DNA of 64,000 nucleotides. It comes from Myxococcota bacterium (lineage in GTDB: Bacteria; Myxococcota_A; Polyangia; Polyangiales; Houyiibacteriaceae). Each line of letters starts with the position of its first letter. Position 1 is the stretch's first letter. The position numbers were made by a program, and so were the translations under genes. The notes beneath the pieces were generated by a model. The model did not search any database, had not been told where the DNA came from, and saw only the letters and a list, made by a program, of their open reading frames with translations. The DNA lies in the NCBI GenBank assembly GCA_039030515.1, contig JBCCEA010000006.1:32001-96000 (forward strand), in the 5' to 3' direction. Below are positions 28,384 to 37,546 of the stretch, one piece after another.

Positions 28384-29277
28384 ATGCGCGCTTTGTGGAG
28401 TGTGGTGGCTTTGGTGTGTGTGACGTCTGCATGCGCCGGACGAACCCCGGTGCCGAGCTCAGCACCAGCACCAGGTCTCATCTGGTCGAGTCGAGCGCAG
28501 CAGGCGGTTTCTTTCGATGAGATGATCGCAACTCTGGAGTCGATGAACGTGGTGTACCTAGGCGAGCGCCACGATCGCCCAGAGGATCATCGAGTGCAGA
28601 CGCGTATATACAAGGCTCTATCGCGTCGCCTGGCCCACCCCTCGCTTGGCTTTGAGATGTTCCAGCGGCCATTTCAACCGGCGCTGGATCGATGGTCCGC
28701 CGGGGAGATCGACGAAGCTGAGATGCTCGTGCAAACCGAATACGCCAAGCGTTGGGGATACGATTTTTCGCTCTATCGACCTCTGCTTCTCGAGGCAAAA
28801 CGACGAAACGCACCGCTCATCGCTCTCAACGCCGCTGCTGAATTGACTCGGACGGTGGCTCGAGGCGGCATCGAGGCTCTTTCACCCGAGCAGCGCGCCT
28901 CGCTTCCTGAGCTCGATTTGGGACAGCTCCGTCATCGCGATCTGGTTTTGGCAGCGCTGCGGGAACACGAGGGCGTGACCGAGGAGATGCTCGAAAATTT
29001 CTATGCGGCCCAGGTGATTTGGGATGAGACGATGGCGCTCGGCGTGGCGCAAGCCCTCTCCCGAGAAGATATCGGGTCTGTGGTTGTTATTGCAGGCATG
29101 ATGCACGTGTGGGAGGGCTTGGGTATTCCCGAGCGGGCTGCACGGCGAGGAGCTACCCCCTACGCCACGGTTTTGGTGATGGATGCCAACAATCCCGAGA
29201 TCCGCCTCGACGGTTCTATGGGAACGTGGCCGGCCGACTACCTCTGGTTTGTCGAGGACGCACTCACAAATGAATAG
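28384..29277 (+). CDS. ChaN-family lipoprotein
   Basis: Lipobox TSAC; VVYLGERHD, LGFEMF, AQVIWDETMA, AGMMHV. Confidence 0.85.
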   Translation: MRALWSVVALVCVTSACAGRTPVPSSAPAPGLIWSSRAQQAVSFDEMIATLESMNVVYLGERHDRPEDHRVQTRIYKALSRRLAHPSLGFEMFQRPFQPALDRWSAGEIDEAEMLVQTEYAKRWGYDFSLYRPLLLEAKRRNAPLIALNAAAELTRTVARGGIEALSPEQRASLPELDLGQLRHRDLVLAALREHEGVTEEMLENFYAAQVIWDETMALGVAQALSREDIGSVVVIAGMMHVWEGLGIPERAARRGATPYATVLVMDANNPEIRLDGSMGTWPADYLWFVEDALTNE

Positions 29278-29278
29278 G

Positions 29279-29313
29279 CAGCGTCTGCTTTTTTGATGAA
29301 AAAGCGGACGCTG
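29279..29313. terminator. 15-bp-stem inverted repeat just after the chaN-like stop
   Basis: CAGCGTCTGCTTTTT-TGATG-AAAAAGCGGACGCTG; no U-tract after the stem. Confidence 0.55.
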
Positions 29314-29364
29314 AGGACAGCTTGGTCACGGTCTTTGGACGTTCCCTGGTAGACTAAGCTCGTC

Positions 29365-32300
29365 ATGACGAGCCCTAAGCGTATGGTCGGCCGTTTTGTG
29401 ATCGACCGGCTTGCCGGTGAGGGTGGCGTGGGTGAGGTGTATCGCGCCCACGATCAGGACTCGCACCAACTGGTGGCGGTGAAGCTTCTTGGTTTTGCAG
29501 GAGATACCAGCACCACTCGCTTCACTCGCGAGTCCGAGATGCTCGCCGAGTTGGAGCATCCCGCGATCGTACGCTACGTGGCGCACGGTGAAACCGAAGC
29601 GGGCGTTCCATGGCTCGCCATGGAGTGGGTGGAAGGCGAGAGTTTAGAGCAGCGACTTCAGCGCAGCAGACTCTCGCTCATCGAAACAGTTCAGTTGGGT
29701 AAGCGGGTGACCGAGGCCCTAAAGTTCGCGCACGACAAGGGCATCGTTCACCGAGACATCAAACCGGCCAACCTGCTTTTGCCGGACGGTGACGTGCAAG
29801 TTGCCAAGCTGGTGGACTTCGGGGTCGCTCGACTTGGAAAAGCCCCCTCGCTTTCACTGACCGGCGCCGGAACCCTCATCGGCACCCCCAAATACATGGC
29901 TCCCGAACAGGCAAGGGGAGAGGCGCTAGATCATCGAGCGGACTTGTTCTCTCTCGGCTGCGTCCTTTACGAATGCTTGGCCGGTCAGCCTCCCTTCGAC
30001 GGTGCCCATGTGGTAGCGGTTCTCGCCAAGATTCTGCTCGAGGACATCGTGCCTGTTCAGAAATATCGGCCGAGGATTCCCCAGGAACTCGAAGATCTGA
30101 TCGGAAATTTGCTTGAAAAGGACCGAGACCTACGCCCGGCGAATGCGCAGGAGCTGTTCGACGCGTTTGAGGATCTAGGGGATCTTGACGACTACCGCAC
30201 CGGATCGATCACCGTCCCGGGTGGACTGCTCGGTTTGACCCACAGCGAAAGGCAGCTGTCAAGTGTGGTGCTCGCATCTCTGGCGAGATCCAGTGACGTG
30301 GACGAGACCATGCCTGGTGAAGAAGGCGGGGTGCGATTCAAACGTCCGGTTGAAGTGGTCGAGTTCTATGGAGGTCGGCTTGAGTGGTTGGGGGATGGTT
30401 CCGCGATCGCCTTGCTTTCCGGACCTGGCCCGGCAACCGATCGGGCAGCGATCGCCGGCCGCTGCGCTTTGGCGCTTCATGCGGTGATGAAAGGCGCCCG
30501 TATCGTGGTCGCTACCGGCAGCAGTGAAATCGCCGGTCGTCTGCCGGAAGGCGACGTCATCGAACGTGCAGTCTCGCTTTTGCGACGCGGGCGAAGAAGC
30601 GGTCCTACAGATCCCTCTGAAGTACATCCGATTTGGATCGATGGGGTCACCGCGAATCTCCTCGACGACCGCTTTTGGGTGGTGCCTCGAGGCGATGTCC
30701 TTGAGCTGACCGGTGAGCGGGAGCGAGATCGACCGAGAACTGTGCTCGGCAGGGTCTTGCCAACCGTTGGACGACGAAGAGAGATGGCGTTGCTGCTCGA
30801 TCTGTTCGAGGAGGCGACGGCAGAGCGCTGTGCTCATGGGGCGCTCATCGTCGGCGATCCAGGATCTGGAAAATCGAGAGTGGGTTGGGAGCTTGCGCGT
30901 GAACTGCGCCGGCGGGAGGTCAAGTTCAGTCTCTGGTCGGTAGAGGGTGACCCGATGCGCATTGGATCACCTTTTGGCTTGCTCATCACGCTCATCAGTC
31001 GGATGTGCGATTTACAAGAGGGAGAGCCCATCGAGAGGCGTCAGGAAAAGCTCTCAAAAACAATAGAGAAATCGCTTTCTGCTCGAGATGCCGAGCCGGT
31101 GCTCAGGATCTTGTCCGATCTCCTGGGCGCGTCACAAACGCAGCCCCTTCAGATTCAAGAAACCGTTGCGCCCCCTCCATCCCTGCGGGGTGAACCCGTG
31201 CGGGAGGCGATGCTCAGCTGGCTTTCGGGTCAGTGTCAACAGCAGCCCCTGGTACTGCTGGTCGACGACGTGCAGTGGGGAGACCGTCCCTCGATCCAAT
31301 TTCTGGACACCCTGACCGAAGGCCTAGCGGAGTTTCCGTTTTTGCTCGTCGTGCTTGCCCGGCCTGAGTTTTCCAAGATGCATCCAGATTTCTGGCAGCA
31401 CGGGGGTGGTCAACGTCTCCAGCTCGGGAAAATGGTACACAGAGCATCTGCCCGCCTCGTGCGAGAAGCTTTGCCGGAGCTAGGTCAGGCCAAGGTGGAC
31501 TTGATCGTGGAGCAGTCCGGCGGCAATCCCTACTACCTAGAGGAGCTCATCCGAACGGTTGGAGAGGGCTGGGATACCGAGCTTCCTCGCTCCATTCTCG
31601 CGATGGTTCAAGCCCGACTGCATTCGCTGGACCCTCAGGCCCGACGCGCGCTTCGAGCTGCCAGCATTTTCGGCCGGACGTTTTGGGCAGAAGCGGTGCG
31701 TGCCTTAATGGGTGGAGCTCAGCCTCCACTGTCTGACCTCGAACGAGCGGAGTTGATCCGCCGCGATCATGGTTCAAGGTTTGAGGGAGCCGTTCAGTAT
31801 CTCTTCGTCAGCGAGTTGGTTCGAGAGGCTGGCTACGATGCGTTGACCATCAAGGACCGTACCCTGGGTCACCAGCTCGCCGCACAGTGGCTGAGCGATC
31901 GAGGTGAGCGTGATTCAGCCTTGCTTGCAGAACACTATGAACGGGGGGAGTTGCCTCAGGAAGCACTCCCGCACTACCTGGGTGCCGCCAAGCAAAGCTG
32001 TCAGGGGAACGATTTCGAAGGTGCACTTCGCTATGTTGCGAAGGCTCTGATTTGCCAGCCCGTTGGAGAGATCCTCGGCGAACTGCGCATGGTGGAGGCC
32101 CAGTCTCACTACTGGCGGGCGCGATATCGAAACGCCCTCGATGCAGCCGTCATGGCACAAAGTCTCTTCGAACGAGGCAGTGCTCGCTGGTACCAAGCGG
32201 TTGAGTCGGCCATCGCAGCGTCCACCGGCATGGGAGATCGCGAATTGCTGCGCGATATCGTGGAATCTATGCTCGATGTAGAGCCGATGCCTGAAATTCT

Positions 32301-33240
32301 AGACGTTCTTTCAGCGGCTTTGGGGCGATCGGTGGTGGGTCTATCGCTCTTGGGCGATGGCGTGATGGCGCGGCAGGTTTGGGCCCGAATGCGCTCGCTA
32401 GAACGTCGCTCCGTAGTCTCGATAGGTTGGCGGTCGAGGGCGGAAGGCGTGATCGCGCTTTCTACCGGCGACGTCGGCGAGTTTTTGGAAGCGTCCATGG
32501 ACGCTCGTTCGTTCTTTGATCGAATCGGCAATGTTCGGGAATCGATGATGAGCGCATGTGATGTAGGTTTTGGACTCTTTCACTTGGGGCTTGTCGACGA
32601 AGCTCAGAAGATTCTGGGAAACGCAAGCGATCAAGCGTCGCAACTCGGACTCCCCCGCGCAGAGAATCGGGCAAAACTCTTGCGTGCGGAGCTCTTGCTG
32701 CAGCTGGGGCAGACGCATCAGGCAAGACAGCTCGTGACTCATGTGGTCGAGCGGGGCGAGGCCCAGGGCGATCGCTGGATGCGGGCGATCGGTAGTGTGC
32801 TGCGGGTGCGTGTTTCTCTGCAGCTCGGGGATGTACTTCGCGCGGAACAGGCGGCGCGAACTCTCGTCGACACACACGACATGCCCCTGGCCGTCATACC
32901 CTATGCTTTTGCAGTCCATGCGCAGACGCTTCTTCGAAGCAACCGTCTAGACGAAGCGCTCGTGGCGTCTCGCAAGGGAGTTTCCAGCCTGGAGCAAACG
33001 GCAGGCTTGGGGCCTCCCCGAGATATGGAGATCCGACTTACCTGGGCTGAGGTATTGCGCGCACATGGCAAGCAAGTAGAGGCAAAGCAGGCCGTCGACG
33101 CTGCAGCGACGCTCATCAGGGAGCGCGCCTCAAAGCTTAGGGATGCGCTTTGGCGTAAGCGCTTCCTGGAGTCGGTTCCGGTGCATCAGGCGCTGCTCAG
33201 TTGGAGCTCGGAAGGTCTTACGCTTCCGCCCCTAGGCTGA
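29365..33240 (+). CDS. Ser/Thr kinase with AAA ATPase and TPR-like C-terminus
   Basis: HRDIKPAN, DFG, GTPKYMAPE; GDPGSGKS, LLVDDVQWGD, SGGNPYYLEEL; helical repeats. Confidence 0.9.
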   Translation: MTSPKRMVGRFVIDRLAGEGGVGEVYRAHDQDSHQLVAVKLLGFAGDTSTTRFTRESEMLAELEHPAIVRYVAHGETEAGVPWLAMEWVEGESLEQRLQRSRLSLIETVQLGKRVTEALKFAHDKGIVHRDIKPANLLLPDGDVQVAKLVDFGVARLGKAPSLSLTGAGTLIGTPKYMAPEQARGEALDHRADLFSLGCVLYECLAGQPPFDGAHVVAVLAKILLEDIVPVQKYRPRIPQELEDLIGNLLEKDRDLRPANAQELFDAFEDLGDLDDYRTGSITVPGGLLGLTHSERQLSSVVLASLARSSDVDETMPGEEGGVRFKRPVEVVEFYGGRLEWLGDGSAIALLSGPGPATDRAAIAGRCALALHAVMKGARIVVATGSSEIAGRLPEGDVIERAVSLLRRGRRSGPTDPSEVHPIWIDGVTANLLDDRFWVVPRGDVLELTGERERDRPRTVLGRVLPTVGRRREMALLLDLFEEATAERCAHGALIVGDPGSGKSRVGWELARELRRREVKFSLWSVEGDPMRIGSPFGLLITLISRMCDLQEGEPIERRQEKLSKTIEKSLSARDAEPVLRILSDLLGASQTQPLQIQETVAPPPSLRGEPVREAMLSWLSGQCQQQPLVLLVDDVQWGDRPSIQFLDTLTEGLAEFPFLLVVLARPEFSKMHPDFWQHGGGQRLQLGKMVHRASARLVREALPELGQAKVDLIVEQSGGNPYYLEELIRTVGEGWDTELPRSILAMVQARLHSLDPQARRALRAASIFGRTFWAEAVRALMGGAQPPLSDLERAELIRRDHGSRFEGAVQYLFVSELVREAGYDALTIKDRTLGHQLAAQWLSDRGERDSALLAEHYERGELPQEALPHYLGAAKQSCQGNDFEGALRYVAKALICQPVGEILGELRMVEAQSHYWRARYRNALDAAVMAQSLFERGSARWYQAVESAIAASTGMGDRELLRDIVESMLDVEPMPEILDVLSAALGRSVVGLSLLGDGVMARQVWARMRSLERRSVVSIGWRSRAEGVIALSTGDVGEFLEASMDARSFFDRIGNVRESMMSACDVGFGLFHLGLVDEAQKILGNASDQASQLGLPRAENRAKLLRAELLLQLGQTHQARQLVTHVVERGEAQGDRWMRAIGSVLRVRVSLQLGDVLRAEQAARTLVDTHDMPLAVIPYAFAVHAQTLLRSNRLDEALVASRKGVSSLEQTAGLGPPRDMEIRLTWAEVLRAHGKQVEAKQAVDAAATLIRERASKLRDALWRKRFLESVPVHQALLSWSSEGLTLPPLG

Positions 33241-34156
33241 CTTCAGCCGGGGTACTGTGGATGTTGGGAACCCAGTCTTCGTCTCGAACAGAGGGCGGCA
33301 AAACGACCGGGTTGCCGAGATAGTCGAGTCGTTTGCCCGGCCAGACAAAAGCTTGAAAGGCGTACGCCAAAAGGGACGTTTGCTCGAGATTCGGATGGAT
33401 GTGCGGCGCAAGAACACGCGCGTGCTCCCGAGGCAGCAGACTCCAATGCAGGCCTGGACGCAGATGGTGCATGCCGTGGAATCCGTTGTTAAAAGTCCAC
33501 CAGTTAACCCATCGACCCACAAAGTTACGTGAATGGTTGTATGGGCTTGAAGGATTGCAACCGTCGTGCTGGATGAAGTTGATCCCGACGATGCCCCAGG
33601 CGGCATATTGATGTGGAATAAACACGTAGAGCAGCCAGCTGTGCCAGTCGAGATAGATCAGTCCCGCATTGAATCCGAGGTACACGATGGTCTCGAGAAT
33701 CAGCTGCCGAAACCATCTTGGGCGCTGTGTTCTCATGGCGCGCGTGTAGACCCATTCACCCCGAATGATGGAACGGCTTATCGTGCTGAGAAAGAAGATC
33801 TGATTCAATAGATTCCATCGAAATCTCAGCTTCGTAGTGCGCATCACGTCTTTTGCACTCTGGGTGTGGACGTGGTGACTCAAGTTGTGGCCGGGAACAA
33901 AAGCGCTGACCGGATGGCCGTAGCAGAGGGTGAGGACAACCTGCATCAGGCGATTCAGGCCACGGCGACGAAACATCGGCACGTGCACGGTGTTGTGGGT
34001 GATCACCGCGCAGAAGAAGCTGAATAGACAGCATGAGGTCACGAGTGCGATGCGAAAAACCCAAGACTCCGGCTGAATCAGAAAACCAGCCCCACAAAGG
34101 GACAGCTGAATCGCCACAAACGTAAGGGAACGAATATCCTCCCGAAACCTCAACAT
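33218..34156 (-). CDS. Fatty-acid-desaturase-superfamily membrane di-iron enzyme
   Basis: His boxes HNTVH, HNLSHH, HGMHH; TM segments. Confidence 0.85.
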   Translation of the reverse strand: MLRFREDIRSLTFVAIQLSLCGAGFLIQPESWVFRIALVTSCCLFSFFCAVITHNTVHVPMFRRRGLNRLMQVVLTLCYGHPVSAFVPGHNLSHHVHTQSAKDVMRTTKLRFRWNLLNQIFFLSTISRSIIRGEWVYTRAMRTQRPRWFRQLILETIVYLGFNAGLIYLDWHSWLLYVFIPHQYAAWGIVGINFIQHDGCNPSSPYNHSRNFVGRWVNWWTFNNGFHGMHHLRPGLHWSLLPREHARVLAPHIHPNLEQTSLLAYAFQAFVWPGKRLDYLGNPVVLPPSVRDEDWVPNIHSTPAEVSLGAEA

Positions 34157-34184
34157 CGGACTCGAATAGCACAGAAGAGGAGAC

Positions 34185-35015
34185 TTACACCGTTTCGAGA
34201 TGAGCCAGCTCTTTAGCCAGTTTCTTCTTTGCTCGTATCTCTAGCTGCCGGACCCGCTCGCGGCTGATGCCCGCTTCTTCACCCATCATCGCTAGGGAAG
34301 GAGGGTCGTCGCCCATCAGACGTTCGCGGGTGATCTTGAGCTCTCGTGGATCCAGGACGTCGAGTGCTCGCTCGACATCACATTCGAGACGGTCGAACAG
34401 TTGTTTTCGGGCCGCGTTTTCGTCTGGAGGCTCGATTTCGGCGGTGAGGTGATCTCCGAGAGTTCGGTTGCCCTCTCCAACAGGGCTTTCCATCGAAGTC
34501 ATGCGTGCATCCAGCATGGACATCATATGCGACACGGTGCTTGGAGGTAGCTTGAAGCGCTCGGATAGGATGCTGACGACCTCATCGCGATTGTGACCTG
34601 CTTGCGCCAGTCGGACCCGCTCGCGCCGCAGTCGAAAATAGTATTTCGTCTTGAAAGGACCGGTCCCGGCGCCGATGGGGGCTGCGGTTCTCACGATATG
34701 TTCCAGAACGTAGGCACGAATCCAGTGGCTGGCGTAGGTGATGAATCGCAGTCCGCGCTCCGGGTCGTACTTATCTGCCGCTTTGAGCAGTCCGATCGTG
34801 CCTTCCGAGATAAGCTCTTCGACCGGAACACCATACCGGCGGTGCTGCACAGCCACCGCGACGACATGACGTGCGTTGGCTTCGACAAGTCGGTCTCTAG
34901 CCCGTTTGTCCCCTGCTCGAGCAAGTCGGGCTGTTTCGTATTCCTCTTCTACGGAAAGTTTCGGAATCGCATTGAGTCGAGCAGCAAGCTCGCGGGCAGG
35001 ATCAGGGGTCGTCAT
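34185..35015 (-). CDS. Sigma-70 group 3 (RpoH/sigma-32-like) RNA polymerase sigma factor
   Basis: ELISEGTIGLLKAADKYDPERGLRFITYASHWIRA; RpoH-box-like KTKYYFRLRR; SRERVRQLE. Confidence 0.9.
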   Translation of the reverse strand: MTTPDPARELAARLNAIPKLSVEEEYETARLARAGDKRARDRLVEANARHVVAVAVQHRRYGVPVEELISEGTIGLLKAADKYDPERGLRFITYASHWIRAYVLEHIVRTAAPIGAGTGPFKTKYYFRLRRERVRLAQAGHNRDEVVSILSERFKLPPSTVSHMMSMLDARMTSMESPVGEGNRTLGDHLTAEIEPPDENAARKQLFDRLECDVERALDVLDPRELKITRERLMGDDPPSLAMMGEEAGISRERVRQLEIRAKKKLAKELAHLETV

Positions 35016-35859
35016 CGTAGGCTCCGATACTGGCGGAATTGATTATTTTTCGTGCTTCGTGCGATATCTCTTCGAAATCGCGAATGACTAGGCCGTAGGG
35101 AGGGGGATCGGGCCACGAGCCACATCCACCCAAGATAAGATCCACCCCCCTCGGCTCGAGTATGCGTCCGAGCCCCTCAGCCTGAAGGCGCATCTCATGT
35201 GGCTCGCTAGAGATGGCGGAGGCGCTCACCGCGAGGAGATCGATATTGTACCGTTCAATCGCAGTGTCGAGGTTGGCAAAGGGAGTGCGGCGTCCGGACC
35301 AAACCGTCATCCAGCCAGCTTCACGCATGCACACTTCGAGCAGCGACAGTCCAAGTGTGTGGTTGTCCCCCTCGGCTGTGGTGAGCATGCATGTGGGAGC
35401 ATCCTTTGCGTTGGGCAGCCACTGCGCGGTTCGGGCGAGCGCGCGGGAGAGGCGTTCTGTCGCTACGTGCTCGTCGATAGGGTTTAGATCTCCCCGGGCC
35501 CAACGTGCTCCCAGCTCTGTGACGACTGAACCCAAGCTCTTGGCCACGCTGGACCACCGACCGAGTCGGTTTCGTTCTCGCATGAGGAGCGCATCGATCG
35601 CGTGGCTGTCCGACACCTCGAGGAGTTCCTCGAGCCACTCATCGATCAGTGCTGTCTCACGGGCGGATGCGGTGGCGACAGGTTCTTCTTCGGATTGACC
35701 CCTGCGGCGCTGAAATGAATCCAGTGCTTCCTTGGAAAACCTACGGTGTTTTCCCGCAGTTTTTTCGCACTCTAAAAGCCCTGCATCCGACCAGCGCTTA
35801 ACGCTCGCCGCACTTACTCTCAAGTATCGCGCAGCAGCGGAGCTCGTAAACCAGCGCAT
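35002..35859 (-). CDS. Cobalamin-binding MerR-type regulator (CarH/LitR-like)
   Basis: N-terminal HTH (VKRWSDAG...TAGKHRRF); W-x9-EH (WARGDLNPIDEH); DNHTLG...VSAS...LGG B12 motif. Confidence 0.87.
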   Translation of the reverse strand: MRWFTSSAAARYLRVSAASVKRWSDAGLLECEKTAGKHRRFSKEALDSFQRRRGQSEEEPVATASARETALIDEWLEELLEVSDSHAIDALLMRERNRLGRWSSVAKSLGSVVTELGARWARGDLNPIDEHVATERLSRALARTAQWLPNAKDAPTCMLTTAEGDNHTLGLSLLEVCMREAGWMTVWSGRRTPFANLDTAIERYNIDLLAVSASAISSEPHEMRLQAEGLGRILEPRGVDLILGGCGSWPDPPPYGLVIRDFEEISHEARKIINSASIGAYDDDP

Positions 35860-35960
35860 GGGGTCAACATGGTATGCGTGATCGTTTTGGTCAACTTGAA
35901 TCGACAGAAGCGGCCAAAACGCTCAAAGCGCTCGTTTGTCGCGAAGCGGTATCGTTTTGA
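35860..35960 (-). promoter_or_regulatory. Putative promoter/operator of the B12-regulator operon
   Basis: Minus strand TTGACC-17 nt-CATGTT-6 nt-ATG; several CAAAACG(A/C)T-like motifs in both orientations. Confidence 0.45.
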
Positions 35961-36100
35961 GCGAATTGTGCTCGGCAAAGCCCCACGAGACTGTCACGGG
36001 CCTATCGCCCTCGATGTGATGTGCCTCACGTGTGCGCTGGTTGCTGAGCGGGGTCCGAGATTGCTTGAGTTGAGCGATCTGGTCGTTTGCCTGGTCGAGT

Positions 36101-37417
36101 CTAGCTTCCAGTGATGTGCACTGCTGTGCCCTGCTGCTCGGGCTTGGTGAATACCGCATGCAGTCCCTCGGGCAGAGGCGGCTCAGTCGCAAACTCAAAC
36201 ACGCGCTTTGCATCGTTTGGCGCCAAGTTCACGCAACCATGACTCGTTTTGAGTCCAAAACGATCGTGCCAAAACGCACCGTGAAGGGCATAGCCGCCCT
36301 TGAAGTACAGCACCCACGGCACGTCCTGGATATAGTAGGGACCACTTAGATTGTCCTCATCATCCATGGTGGCGGTGATGTGTTTTGAACGAACCGCAAA
36401 AGTCCCGGTGGGTGTGGGATGTTCCTCTTCTCCGGTGGAAGCCAAGGTGACGTACACCATCGCGTCCCCTTCGTAGAGGGCGACAAACTGGTTGCGCAGG
36501 CTAACGTGGATCCACCGCTGCCCCGGCTCGATGCTGCTGGGGCGCTTGATCGCATGGATGCGAGAGACTTGTAGCGCTGCGATCCACCGGGTCTCCCCAG
36601 CCTCCAGCTCGGTTTGGTACCAACGTCCCGCTCGCTCGTGCACCCCGCGAAGGGGCAGACGGAGATGCCGCTTGACGGGCTCGCAGGTCGGCATGTCCTC
36701 CGCGCCCGGGTCTATGGGGGTGTCGCACGTTTTGGCGGTTGGGTCGGTAACCCATAAAAAAGGCAGGTCGCCGTCTTGGGAGACCTCAAAGCCCTCGAAT
36801 TCTGTGCCTCGCACGGGGGTCGTGCCCTCCCGCGGTACAAACCAGTAGCGCGTGGTGCGATAGAGTTTGCGGTCATAAATGTTGACCCACTTGTCTACCG
36901 TGAAAATATATCCTTCTTGAAGATCGCGTGTGCGCACCCGCTCCGGACGCTCTCCACGTCGAGGTGGGCGTCGGTACACGGGAACTCCGTCTCCGGCGGT
37001 GACTCGCACATACCTGTAGGGCATCCCCTGGTTTTTCGGAGGCTTCGGGATGAACGCGAGCCCAGCTGGACCGTTCGTTCGCACGTTGATATTGCCGTCG
37101 TCGCGTATCCAGCCGACGCCGGACATGCGGTACCAGGTCTCGGATTCGACTTCCCGCCGCTCGCTGATCGAAAAGCGCTGACCCCATCGCAACAGCCCTA
37201 CGGCTCGGGCGTCCTCTCGCGGATCGTAACGGACCCAAACTCGAAGCTGCTTGGCGATTCCATTGGCGATCGCTTCTTCGTCGATGGCCGTCTCTCGCTC
37301 AGGCTCGGACTCGTCTGCGGCCTGCTCTGGCGCCGGTTCGACCTGTTGGACCCCGTCGCCGCATCCTACCTGGCCGGCACATGCGAGTGACATCGCCATG
37401 ATGCAGCGTAATCGCAT
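36101..37417 (-). CDS. L,D-transpeptidase lipoprotein
   Basis: WIHVSLRNQFVALYEG, TPTGTF, ALHGAFWH...SHGCVN; N-terminal signal with Cys. Confidence 0.88.
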   Translation of the reverse strand: MRLRCIMAMSLACAGQVGCGDGVQQVEPAPEQAADESEPERETAIDEEAIANGIAKQLRVWVRYDPREDARAVGLLRWGQRFSISERREVESETWYRMSGVGWIRDDGNINVRTNGPAGLAFIPKPPKNQGMPYRYVRVTAGDGVPVYRRPPRRGERPERVRTRDLQEGYIFTVDKWVNIYDRKLYRTTRYWFVPREGTTPVRGTEFEGFEVSQDGDLPFLWVTDPTAKTCDTPIDPGAEDMPTCEPVKRHLRLPLRGVHERAGRWYQTELEAGETRWIAALQVSRIHAIKRPSSIEPGQRWIHVSLRNQFVALYEGDAMVYVTLASTGEEEHPTPTGTFAVRSKHITATMDDEDNLSGPYYIQDVPWVLYFKGGYALHGAFWHDRFGLKTSHGCVNLAPNDAKRVFEFATEPPLPEGLHAVFTKPEQQGTAVHITGS

Positions 37418-37546
37418 CGGCCGAGGCGCTTAGCCTAGCCCAAGGTTCGGGTCAATCGATGCTCCCTGCTCCGGCCAGCGGTCCGATTGGCTCCGAGCAG
37501 TGGTCTGATTGGCTGCTGGGCAGCGGTCCGAGCGGTGCCGAGCCGA

